Assembly: GCA_031372065.1 (NCBI GenBank)
Contig: JANMKN010000101.1
Span: forward strand, 1 to 14,912
DNA length: 14,912 nt
Direction: 5' to 3'
Origin: Abditibacteriaceae bacterium
GTDB lineage: Bacteria; Armatimonadota; Abditibacteriia; Abditibacteriales; Abditibacteriaceae
Shown: one piece after another, positions 7,907-14,912 of the stretch
Layout: every line of letters begins with the position of its first letter
How positions within the stretch are numbered: position 1 is the stretch's first letter
The notes under the pieces: model-generated
The model's database searches: none
The model's input: the letters and a program-made list of their open reading frames with translations, nothing else
What the model was told of the DNA's origin: nothing
Made by a program: the position numbers and the translations under genes

Positions 7907-7989
7907 TGCGCGAGAGAGGATTTGAACCTCCACGAGATTACTCTCACTAGATCCTGAATCTAGCGCGTCTGCCGTTCCGCCACTCACGC
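7907..7989 (-). tRNA. tRNA-Leu (anticodon CAG); CCA end not encoded
   Basis: The reverse complement folds as acceptor stem GCGTGAG/CTCGCGC + A, D-arm TGGCGGAACGGCAGACGCG, anticodon arm CTAGA-TTCAGGA-TCTAG, long variable arm GAGAGTAATCTC and T-loop TTCAAAT. Confidence 0.97.
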
Positions 7990-8054
7990 GATTGAGTTTT
8001 GACTGTATGAAAGGGCGCCGCTTTTGTCACATCTGCAACCGGCGGCAAGAGAAA

Positions 8055-8083
8055 ATTATAGCGGCGCGCAGCCAAAACGTCAA
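8055..8083 (-). promoter_or_regulatory. Sigma70-type promoter for tRNA-Leu
   Basis: Minus strand TTGACG (8083-8078), 17-nt spacer, TATAAT (8060-8055). Confidence 0.9.
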
Positions 8084-8157
8084 CAGATACTTTATTCAAC
8101 ACCGTGCAGCAAAGCAGAAAACCTCTGACATTTCTGTTTGAAAAATGCCTTGCCTTT

Positions 8158-9189
8158 TTATCGTCCCGGTGGTGGCCCAAAGGGCGGAGGAGGCCCAAAA
8201 GGTGGAGGTGGCCCAAAAGGCCCACCTTGTCCGCGTCCACCCGGCCCGCCAAAACCGCCGGGGCCACCTTGTCCGCCACCGGGCGGGCCTTTGCTGAAAC
8301 TTTGGTCGGGCGTGCCCCGATAAGCGCGTGGCACACAAGGAAACTCCTCGGTCAAAACGTAATAATAAGTGCCTTTGGGATATTCCGGCGTGACACCAGT
8401 GCGTCCGTTGCACTCGTCCAAATCGCCCGCGTCTTTTACATATTGCCAATCGGCGGTGAAAGTGCCGTCGTAAGCGCCGCCCGGCCCCTGATTGCCGCCG
8501 GGACGCTGGCCTTCTTTCAGGCGATAAGACGAACGCAGTTTTTTCAGCTTGCTTTTCGGGTCTTTGGCGTCGCTGTAGCCCATGTCGCTGTAAATCGGAA
8601 AGCCATCGGCGGCATAACCGAGCAGCGTCATGTCGTCTTTCTTTTGCAGTTTGGCGATTAAACCAGCAGGCACACCATGATAATGATAAGAGCCGCCGGG
8701 CTGAACGTGCGCTTTGTTCATGTCCACGCCCAGATTAATTTTGCCGGACAAGGCTTCATAATTCCAGCGGCGATCATTGTTCCAAAACTCGGCAGTGCCC
8801 GGATCGAACGGCACGCCACTCAAACCAACGCCGAACAAAACATTGGGGCGCCCCGGCGTTGGGGCCTCGGCGATTTTCGGTTCGAGCGGCATACGAAACT
8901 TGTAATCCTGCGCGCGAATCGCATTTGGATTGCCCCGATTGGGAAATTTGCCGGTTTCATGGCTCGGAATGCCGTTGGTCGTGATAAAACGAAAGCCATC
9001 TTTGATTTCGATGACAACTTTCGGCTCCGGCAATGGCCCGGCTTCTTCTTGCCCGAAACCGCCGCCCGGCCCACCAAACGGGCCGCCAAACGGCGGGCCT
9101 TGCGGAAATTGCGCCCGCACATAGCCGGCGCCCAGTGCCAGTGAAACCGCAGTCACAACGCCAATTGTTTGCTTTTTTCTTGAATTCAT
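8158..9189 (-). CDS. YHYH domain protein, probably exported, with Gly/Pro-rich termini (343 aa)
   Basis: SD AGGAGG before ATG 9189 and a signal-peptide-like start (MNSRKKQTIGVVTAVSLALGAGYVRA). Motifs NGIPSH, AHVQPGGSYHYHG, GYAADGFPIY, GDLDECNG, YYYVLTEEFP. The ORF-track start at 9303 overlaps the upstream gene and is not used. Confidence 0.88.
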   Translation of the reverse strand: MNSRKKQTIGVVTAVSLALGAGYVRAQFPQGPPFGGPFGGPGGGFGQEEAGPLPEPKVVIEIKDGFRFITTNGIPSHETGKFPNRGNPNAIRAQDYKFRMPLEPKIAEAPTPGRPNVLFGVGLSGVPFDPGTAEFWNNDRRWNYEALSGKINLGVDMNKAHVQPGGSYHYHGVPAGLIAKLQKKDDMTLLGYAADGFPIYSDMGYSDAKDPKSKLKKLRSSYRLKEGQRPGGNQGPGGAYDGTFTADWQYVKDAGDLDECNGRTGVTPEYPKGTYYYVLTEEFPCVPRAYRGTPDQSFSKGPPGGGQGGPGGFGGPGGRGQGGPFGPPPPFGPPPPFGPPPGR

Positions 9190-9196
9190 GTGCCTC

Positions 9197-10231
9197 CTAA
9201 ACCATAAACACGCGTTCGGCGAACCAAAACGCGCCGACGACAGCCACGCTCGCCGAGCCGTAAAACACAATCGGCTCGCGCCAACGTGGTCTGCTTTTGA
9301 CAATCCACGCCAGCGCCGGAGCGAATAAAACCACCAAAACGCCCTGCCCTATTTCCACGCCGCCATTGAACGACAACAGTGCCCAACCCAAGGCTTCGCG
9401 CGGCAATCCCGTTTCGCTTAAAGCCGCCGCGAAACCAAAGCCGTGAACCAGTCCAAAGCCGAGCGCCAACCACGGACGCGCATCCAAACGCGGTTTGTTT
9501 TCGGTTGCCAGCAAATTCAATCCGGCCACGGCGACTATCGAAAGCGCGATGAGCGGCTCGATAAAACGCGCCGGAGGCACCAAAATGCCCGTGGCGGCCA
9601 ACGAAAGCGTGATGCTATGCGCCAAAGTGAACGCTGTCACGATTTTTAGCAATTGTTTCCCTGTTCCGCCCAACAAAAGCAAGCTGATGAGAAACAAAAC
9701 GTGATCGAACCCGCCGAAAATGTGCGCCACGCCTTCACGCAAAAATTGGAAGCAGACTTTCGACACCGTCTGTTGGGTCACATCGCCCATTTGTGCCGAT
9801 GGGGTTTTCGCATTGACTAACGCTTCGCCCACGACTTGACGGTTTCTCAAAACCGTGACAACCGTAGATTCATTTTCCTTTTCGGGAAACAGCGGTGCGT
9901 CCACTTCCACGCGCGCCGCCGCGCCGTTTTGCGTGGCCTGCCAAATAACGATGCCATTAGCCCCATCGCGCACAATTTGCACTTTGTCGGCGCGAAACGG
10001 CTTGCCATTGAGACGCAGTTTCAAGCGATGCGAAATTTCAGCGGCAGGCGCGGCGCTTGCGCTGAAACTATGGCTGTGCGCCACCACGCTGACACTCACG
10101 CTCGCTTTATCCAAAATCACCTTGATGCTGGACACTTTCAGGTCGTGCGCTTGCGTGGATTTCTGCGCGTTCAGGGCACAAAACATTAACAGCAGCCACG
10201 CCAAAAATCCGCTTTGCCATTTTTGTTTCAT
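9197..10231 (-). CDS. HupE/UreJ family membrane protein (HupE_UreJ_2-like) with an N-terminal exported domain
   Basis: Signal peptide ending AH, then EGVAHIFGGFDHVLFL, VTAFTLAHSITL, IEPLIALSI, FGLVHGFGFA and FNGGVEIGQ. Confidence 0.9.
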   Translation of the reverse strand: MKQKWQSGFLAWLLLMFCALNAQKSTQAHDLKVSSIKVILDKASVSVSVVAHSHSFSASAAPAAEISHRLKLRLNGKPFRADKVQIVRDGANGIVIWQATQNGAAARVEVDAPLFPEKENESTVVTVLRNRQVVGEALVNAKTPSAQMGDVTQQTVSKVCFQFLREGVAHIFGGFDHVLFLISLLLLGGTGKQLLKIVTAFTLAHSITLSLAATGILVPPARFIEPLIALSIVAVAGLNLLATENKPRLDARPWLALGFGLVHGFGFAAALSETGLPREALGWALLSFNGGVEIGQGVLVVLFAPALAWIVKSRPRWREPIVFYGSASVAVVGAFWFAERVFMV

Positions 10232-10280
10232 CGCTGTTTTACGAACAATATTATCCTACATAACATTGGCTTTCGAGAGT

Positions 10281-10320
10281 GTGGAATCTTGTGAACAAAG
10301 GTGAAGCGCGGCCTGTGGAA
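10281..10320. promoter_or_regulatory. Phased direct repeats in the divergent intergenic region; candidate response-regulator boxes
   Basis: GTGGAA at 10281, GTGAAC at 10291 and GTGAAG at 10301 (exact 10-bp period), plus GTGGAA at 10315. Confidence 0.45.
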
Positions 10321-10382
10321 TCGGGGCTGCTCTTGCGCAACAGGCGCGCGCATAGGTAAACAAGTGGCGAAAGGGATAGCGA

Positions 10383-11372
10383 ATGGAAACGTCCAAGGGA
10401 CGCATTTTAGTGGTGGATGACGATGAAGCGAACCGCCTGAAATTGTCGGTCAGCTTGCAAGAAGCCGGATACGAGGTGACTTTGGCCGCAAACGGTCAAG
10501 AAGCGCTGGATTTGCTGCGCGCGGGCAACTTCGACACGGTTTTGCTGGATTTAATGATGCCCGTCATGGACGGATTCACGGTTTTGGAGCAGGTATTTCA
10601 AGAAAAAGAACTGCAAAATATCCCGTTTATTGTGATTTCCGCCGACGACGAATTGGAAAGCGTGGTGCGCAGCATCGAACTGGGCGCGGTGGATTATTTG
10701 GCGAAGCCGTTCAACGCTGTTTTGCTGCGCGCCCGCATCAATGCCAGCCTCGACAAAAAGCGTTCGCACGAGCGCGAAACTGCGCTTTTTTCGCAATTGC
10801 AGCAGCGTTATCTGGAATTGGAGCAGGTGAACTCCAAAGTGCAAGAGCAAGCCGAAATGCTCAAAGAACTCAGTATCCGCGACCCGCTGACCGGCCTTTA
10901 CAACCGCCGTTATTTCGACGAACAAGCCGCCAAAACCTTCGCGCAAGCCGTGCGCTTTGGTCATCCGCTCAGTGTGATGATGGGCGACATAGATTTCTTC
11001 AAAAACATCAACGACAACTTCTCGCACGCCACCGGCGACGAGGTTTTGCGGCGCGTCGGCAGCATTTTGCAAACGCACAACCGCCAAAGCGACATTGTCG
11101 CGCGTTACGGCGGCGAAGAATTCGTCATCGCCTTTTGCGAAACTCCGCTGGCGCAAGCCGTCGAACACTGCGAGCAACTGCGCCAACGCATCGAAAACCA
11201 CCCGTGGCACGAAATCAATCCCGCCCTGCGCGTAACCATGAGCATGGGCCTGTGCGCCGATGTGACTTTGGGCTCTCTTGACCAATTAATCGCCGCCGCC
11301 GATGAAAAACTCTACGAAGCCAAAGCGGGCGGACGCAATCGCATCTGCGCCGCCATCCCACAAACCCTGTAA
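10383..11372 (+). CDS. Response regulator diguanylate cyclase (REC - helical linker - GGDEF; WspR-like architecture)
   Basis: REC motifs ILVVDDD, LLDLMMP.MDG, ISA and AKPF; then DPLTGLYNRR, DIDFFK.IND, I-site RQSD and active site RYGGEEF. Confidence 0.95.
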   Translation: METSKGRILVVDDDEANRLKLSVSLQEAGYEVTLAANGQEALDLLRAGNFDTVLLDLMMPVMDGFTVLEQVFQEKELQNIPFIVISADDELESVVRSIELGAVDYLAKPFNAVLLRARINASLDKKRSHERETALFSQLQQRYLELEQVNSKVQEQAEMLKELSIRDPLTGLYNRRYFDEQAAKTFAQAVRFGHPLSVMMGDIDFFKNINDNFSHATGDEVLRRVGSILQTHNRQSDIVARYGGEEFVIAFCETPLAQAVEHCEQLRQRIENHPWHEINPALRVTMSMGLCADVTLGSLDQLIAAADEKLYEAKAGGRNRICAAIPQTL

Positions 11373-11379
11373 CGCCCCT

Positions 11380-11705
11380 CTAACACGCACTTTTTGCCTG
11401 CCGACACCTAATTTTTGAAATCTGACACCTAATCCGAGAAGACTGACAGTCAATCTTTAAAGACTTACAACCAATCTGCAAACTCTGACACTCAATCTGA
11501 GAACTCTTGCAGTTAATTCAAGGCGGCTTGCAACCTATTCTAAATGCCTCGCAATCAATCCGAGAACGCTTAAAGTCAATCTGAGAACTCTTACAGTTAA
11601 TCATCGGGCACTGACAATCAATCCGCAGCGGCTAACAGCCAATCCGAGGCGGCTAACAGCCTGTTATTGGCCGCTGACGGTTAATCCGAGGGCGCTGACG
11701 GCTAA
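11380..11705. repeat. Degenerate 21-bp tandem array (~16 units) filling the gap between the convergent cyclase and hsdR genes
   Basis: Units start every 21 bp from 11380 to 11695 with no indels, e.g. CTGACACCTAATCCGAGAAGA, CTGACACTCAATCTGAGAACT, CTAACAGCCAATCCGAGGCGG. Conserved core is approximately CTNACANNYAATC. Confidence 0.93.
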
Positions 11706-11710
11706 GAACG

Positions 11711-14700
11711 TCAATTCGCCCACTGTTCGGAACTGGCTTCGGCTTGTTCCAAGACTAAATCAATGGCGCGTTTTTCGGCGTCGGGCGGGTATTTGTATTT
11801 GCGCAGCGTGCGTTTGACCATCAGGCGCAGGCGGGCGCGCACAGCTTCGCGCACATTCCAATCTACCGTCACGCTGTTACGCAAATTCGTTGTCAGCTCG
11901 CGAGCGATGGCTTTTAAGGCTTCGTCGCTCATTTCCTGCAAAGCCGCTTCGTTGGTCAGCAAAGCATCATAAAAAGCCACTTCATCGTTGCTCAGTCCCA
12001 AACTTTCGCCGCGATTGAGGGCAGCGTTAAACTCGCGCGCCATTTGAATCAGTTCTTCGATGACCTGCGCCGTTTCGATGGCGCGATTATGATAGCGAAC
12101 GAGGGATTCTTCGAGCTTTTCGGAGAACTTGCGGTTTTGCACCACGCTGGCCCCGGCTCGCGTGCGGATTTCATCGCGCAGTAGGCGTTCGAGCAGTTCG
12201 ACGGCGACGTTTTGCTGCTTCAGGCCCGTTACTTCTTTAAGAAATGCCTCGGAAAGCAGGCCGATGTTGGGCTTTTCGAGGCCCACGAGCGCAAATAAAT
12301 CTTGCACGCCTTCGGAAGCGACGGCTTTGCTCATCAACTGGCGCACGACTTCTTCGCGTTGGTGGCTTTGCTGTTTTTTGCTGACGGTTTCGCCTTTATG
12401 CAAAGTGGCTTCGATGGCCTGCAAAAAAGCGATTTCTTCGCGGTAAACGATGGCTTCGGGCAATGTGGCGCACAAAGCAAACGCGCGCGAAATGAGGCGC
12501 ACGCTTTCGCTGAAACGCTGTTTGCCGTCGCGTCCTTTGCTGTCGGGGGCGAGGCCCAAAATATGGTCAACCGCTTCGCCGAGAATTAAATGCCCATCGG
12601 TGGCGAAGTCGCTCCAATCGAAACCGTGCAAAATGCCATGCACGGTTTCGAGATGCTCTTTGAGTTTGGGCAACACGCGCTGGGCGAGGTCGCCGCTTTC
12701 ATCCAGAGGTTTATCGGCGGAGGCGTATTGGCGCAGGGCTTCTTTGAGTTCGTTGGCGATGCCGATGTAATCCATAACAAGGCCACCCGGTTTGTCGCGA
12801 AAGACGCGATTGACGCGCGCGATGGCTTGCATCAGGGTGTGGCCCTGCATAATTTTGTCAACGTAAAGCGTGTGCAGCGGCGGCACATCGAAGCCGGTGA
12901 GCCACATATCGCGCACGATGACCAGCCTTAATTCGTCGTCGGGGTCTTTGAAACGCTTTTCGATGTCCTTGCGAACCTGCCGCGAATAAATATGGGGCCG
13001 CAACAAACTTTTGTCGCTGGCGCTGCCGGTCATAATCACTTTAATTTCGCCTTTGGCCGGGTCGTCGCTATGCCACGCGGGGCGCAATTTGATGATTTCG
13101 TCGTAAAGGCGCACGCAGTTTTCACGGCTCATGCATACCGCCATTGCCTTGCCGCCCATCGCTTCGACGCGCTTCTCGAAATGTGCCACAAGATCGGCGC
13201 CCAGTTGCTCCAAACGCGGCTGCAATCCGGCGATGCGCGCGGTTTCCGTCCATTGCGTGGTGAGCTTGGCCCGCTCGCTTTCTTCTTCGTCTTCGGTAAG
13301 TTCTGCGACTTCCTCATCCACCAAAGGCAACACGGCTTTTTGTGTGTCGAGCGGGATAGGATGGCTGTCGTAATAAATCGGCACGATGGCGCCGTCCTGC
13401 TGCGCCATTTGCATATCGTAAACATCCACATAAGGGCCAAATGTGGCCTGGGTGTCGCGCTCTTCTAACGAAACCGGCGTGCCGGTAAAAGCGATAAACG
13501 TGGCGTGGGGCAAGGCATCGCGCATATGCTTGGCGAGGCCGTAGGACATCACGCCGGTCTTGCGATTCATGGTGCCGGTGATGCCGTATTGCGTGCGATG
13601 TGCCTCGTCACAAATGACCACGATGTTTTCGCGGTCGGACAACTGCGGAAAGGCATCTTCCTCTTCAAAGGGCAGAAACTTTTGAATGGTCGTGAAAATC
13701 ACGCCACCAGCCGGACGCGACTTGAGCAAATTGCGCAGTTGTGCCCGCGAAGTGGCTTGCAGCGGCGTTTGGCGCAGCAGTTCGTGCGCTTCGCCGAAAG
13801 TCTCGAAAAGCTGACCATCCAAATCGTTGCGGTCGGTGACGCAAACAATGGTCGGGTTTTTCATCGCCGCCGCCGACAGCACTTTGGCGGCATAAAGCGC
13901 CATCGTGATGCTTTTGCCGGAGCCTTGGGTGTGCCACACCACGCCGCCTTTGCGGTCGCCCGCAGCGGACGTTCCGTCGCCCGGCGCGCTGGCTTCGAGG
14001 GCGCGCTCAAACGCCTTTTGCACCGCGCGGTATTGATGAAAACCGGCGATTTTCTTGATTAATAGGCCGCCTTCGTCTTCAAAAAGCACGCCGTCGCGCA
14101 GGAATTTGAGCAGCACATCGCGCCGCAACAGGCCGCGCACAAGGGTTTCGGTTTCGCGATGGGGGCCAAGCGGATCAAGACCAAACCCTTCGATAATGCG
14201 CCAGTGCATGAAACGCTCTTTGTCGGCGGTGAGCGAGCCATAACGCGCCGTGACGCCATCGGCGACGACGAGAATTTCGTTGGAAAAGAACAAATCGGGA
14301 ATTTGCTCTTTGTAGGTTTGCAGTTGCTCGAAGGCTTTCCAGATGTCGGCGTCTTTATCGGCGGGATTTTTCAGTTCGATAACGACAATCGGCAAGCCGT
14401 TGAGAAAAATCAAAACATCGGGGCGCCGCGTGTGCTTTTGCCCCGAAATCGGCAAACCCTGAATCGAAAACTGATTAACAGCTAACCATTCGTTGGCGTT
14501 GAGGTCGGAAAAATCAACCAACTTCACCAAATCGCCGACCGCTTCGCCCTCGCGTTGAAATTCCACCGGCACGCCATCACGCAGCCAGCGATGAAACTGC
14601 CGATTCGCCGCTACTTGTCCGGGAATATTGGGATTTTGCAACAGCAAAACCGCTTCTTCGATAGCTGTCGCGGGCAAGTGCGGATTGATAATTTTCAATT

Positions 14701-14863
14701 GCCGCCGCAAACGGTCAACGAGAATCACCTGCCGATAATTGTCGCGTTCGGGCCGCACGCCATCGGGTGCCGGGGCGATGTCATAGCCGCATTCGTAGCC
14801 GTAACCCAGTTCGCGCAGCCAGTCGAGCACAGTTTGTTCGAGATCGTTTTCGATGATAGGCAT
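11711..14863 (-). CDS. hsdR: Type I restriction endonuclease subunit R (1050 aa)
   Basis: Nuclease motif RRPDV...NGLP..VIELKN, Walker A HTQGSGKS, DEAHR, FTGTP, MWLTGFD, QAIARVNR and the C-terminal ...KYKYPPD region. Start is placed at ATG 14863 (MPIIENDLEQ). hsdM and hsdS would lie outside the window. Confidence 0.96.
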   Translation of the reverse strand: MPIIENDLEQTVLDWLRELGYGYECGYDIAPAPDGVRPERDNYRQVILVDRLRRQLKIINPHLPATAIEEAVLLLQNPNIPGQVAANRQFHRWLRDGVPVEFQREGEAVGDLVKLVDFSDLNANEWLAVNQFSIQGLPISGQKHTRRPDVLIFLNGLPIVVIELKNPADKDADIWKAFEQLQTYKEQIPDLFFSNEILVVADGVTARYGSLTADKERFMHWRIIEGFGLDPLGPHRETETLVRGLLRRDVLLKFLRDGVLFEDEGGLLIKKIAGFHQYRAVQKAFERALEASAPGDGTSAAGDRKGGVVWHTQGSGKSITMALYAAKVLSAAAMKNPTIVCVTDRNDLDGQLFETFGEAHELLRQTPLQATSRAQLRNLLKSRPAGGVIFTTIQKFLPFEEEDAFPQLSDRENIVVICDEAHRTQYGITGTMNRKTGVMSYGLAKHMRDALPHATFIAFTGTPVSLEERDTQATFGPYVDVYDMQMAQQDGAIVPIYYDSHPIPLDTQKAVLPLVDEEVAELTEDEEESERAKLTTQWTETARIAGLQPRLEQLGADLVAHFEKRVEAMGGKAMAVCMSRENCVRLYDEIIKLRPAWHSDDPAKGEIKVIMTGSASDKSLLRPHIYSRQVRKDIEKRFKDPDDELRLVIVRDMWLTGFDVPPLHTLYVDKIMQGHTLMQAIARVNRVFRDKPGGLVMDYIGIANELKEALRQYASADKPLDESGDLAQRVLPKLKEHLETVHGILHGFDWSDFATDGHLILGEAVDHILGLAPDSKGRDGKQRFSESVRLISRAFALCATLPEAIVYREEIAFLQAIEATLHKGETVSKKQQSHQREEVVRQLMSKAVASEGVQDLFALVGLEKPNIGLLSEAFLKEVTGLKQQNVAVELLERLLRDEIRTRAGASVVQNRKFSEKLEESLVRYHNRAIETAQVIEELIQMAREFNAALNRGESLGLSNDEVAFYDALLTNEAALQEMSDEALKAIARELTTNLRNSVTVDWNVREAVRARLRLMVKRTLRKYKYPPDAEKRAIDLVLEQAEASSEQWAN

Positions 14864-14866
14864 GAT

Positions 14867-14889
14867 GTAGGGGCGGGGTCTCCCCGCCC
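14867..14889 (+). repeat. GTAG-type REP element
   Basis: GTAG tetranucleotide followed by the hairpin GGGCGGGG-TCT-CCCCGCCC. Confidence 0.7.
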
Positions 14890-14912
14890 AAATTCCCCAT
14901 TTCACGCACATT

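Noticed and set aside
8104..8157. Terminator after the YHYH gene
   Set aside because: Only a weak, imperfect stem (CAGAAA...TTTCTG) is present, without a convincing U-tract.
9190..9303. Longer YHYH start at 9303
   Set aside because: It overlaps the HupE/UreJ gene, while a strong SD and signal peptide support ATG 9189.
11380..11705. CRISPR array interpretation of the 21-bp arrays
   Set aside because: The period is far too short, there are no identical repeats separated by unique ~30-nt spacers, and no cas genes are in the window.
950..14485. Long alternative-frame and antisense ORFs (e.g. 950..1642 +, 6261..6842 +, 8104..8661 +, 10551..11285 -, 12992..13468 +, 13505..14062 +)
   Set aside because: They are shadows of well-supported genes in GC-rich DNA and show no recognisable motifs.
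14864..14911. N-terminal extension of HsdR (MCVKWGIWAGRPRPYI)
   Set aside because: It runs through the REP hairpin; a typical HsdR N-terminus starts at MPIIENDLE (14863).
7907..14912. Genomic island integrated at tRNA-Leu
   Set aside because: The accessory genes lie on the 5' side of the tRNA, the 3' side is tatD, and no integrase or duplicated tRNA end is visible in the window.

Overview
Bacterial genomic window, moderately GC-rich; the gene set is compatible with an Armatimonadota/Abditibacteriota-like organism (inference only). Left to right it holds: the 3' end of a probable FtsX-like permease gene, an OPT-like membrane transporter, mnmA, and an hrcA-grpE-dnaJ cluster with no dnaK and no visible CIRCE. 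Next come tatD (-), tRNA-Leu(CAG) (-) with a near-consensus sigma70 promoter and terminator, a HupE/UreJ + YHYH gene pair (-), an orphan REC-GGEEF diguanylate cyclase (+), and a type I restriction subunit hsdR (-) with a GTAG-type REP just before its start. The most unusual signals are intergenic. (1) A ~200-bp element at 546-741 is both a 21-bp tandem array and one large palindrome with perfect 24-bp terminal inverted repeats. (2) A second degenerate, indel-free 21-bp array of ~16 units lies at 11380-11705 and shares the 10-mer ACTCAATCTG with the first. (3) An inverted 7-bp repeat hairpin abuts the hrcA start. (4) A spacer-less perfect 50-bp palindrome lies at 6980-7029.
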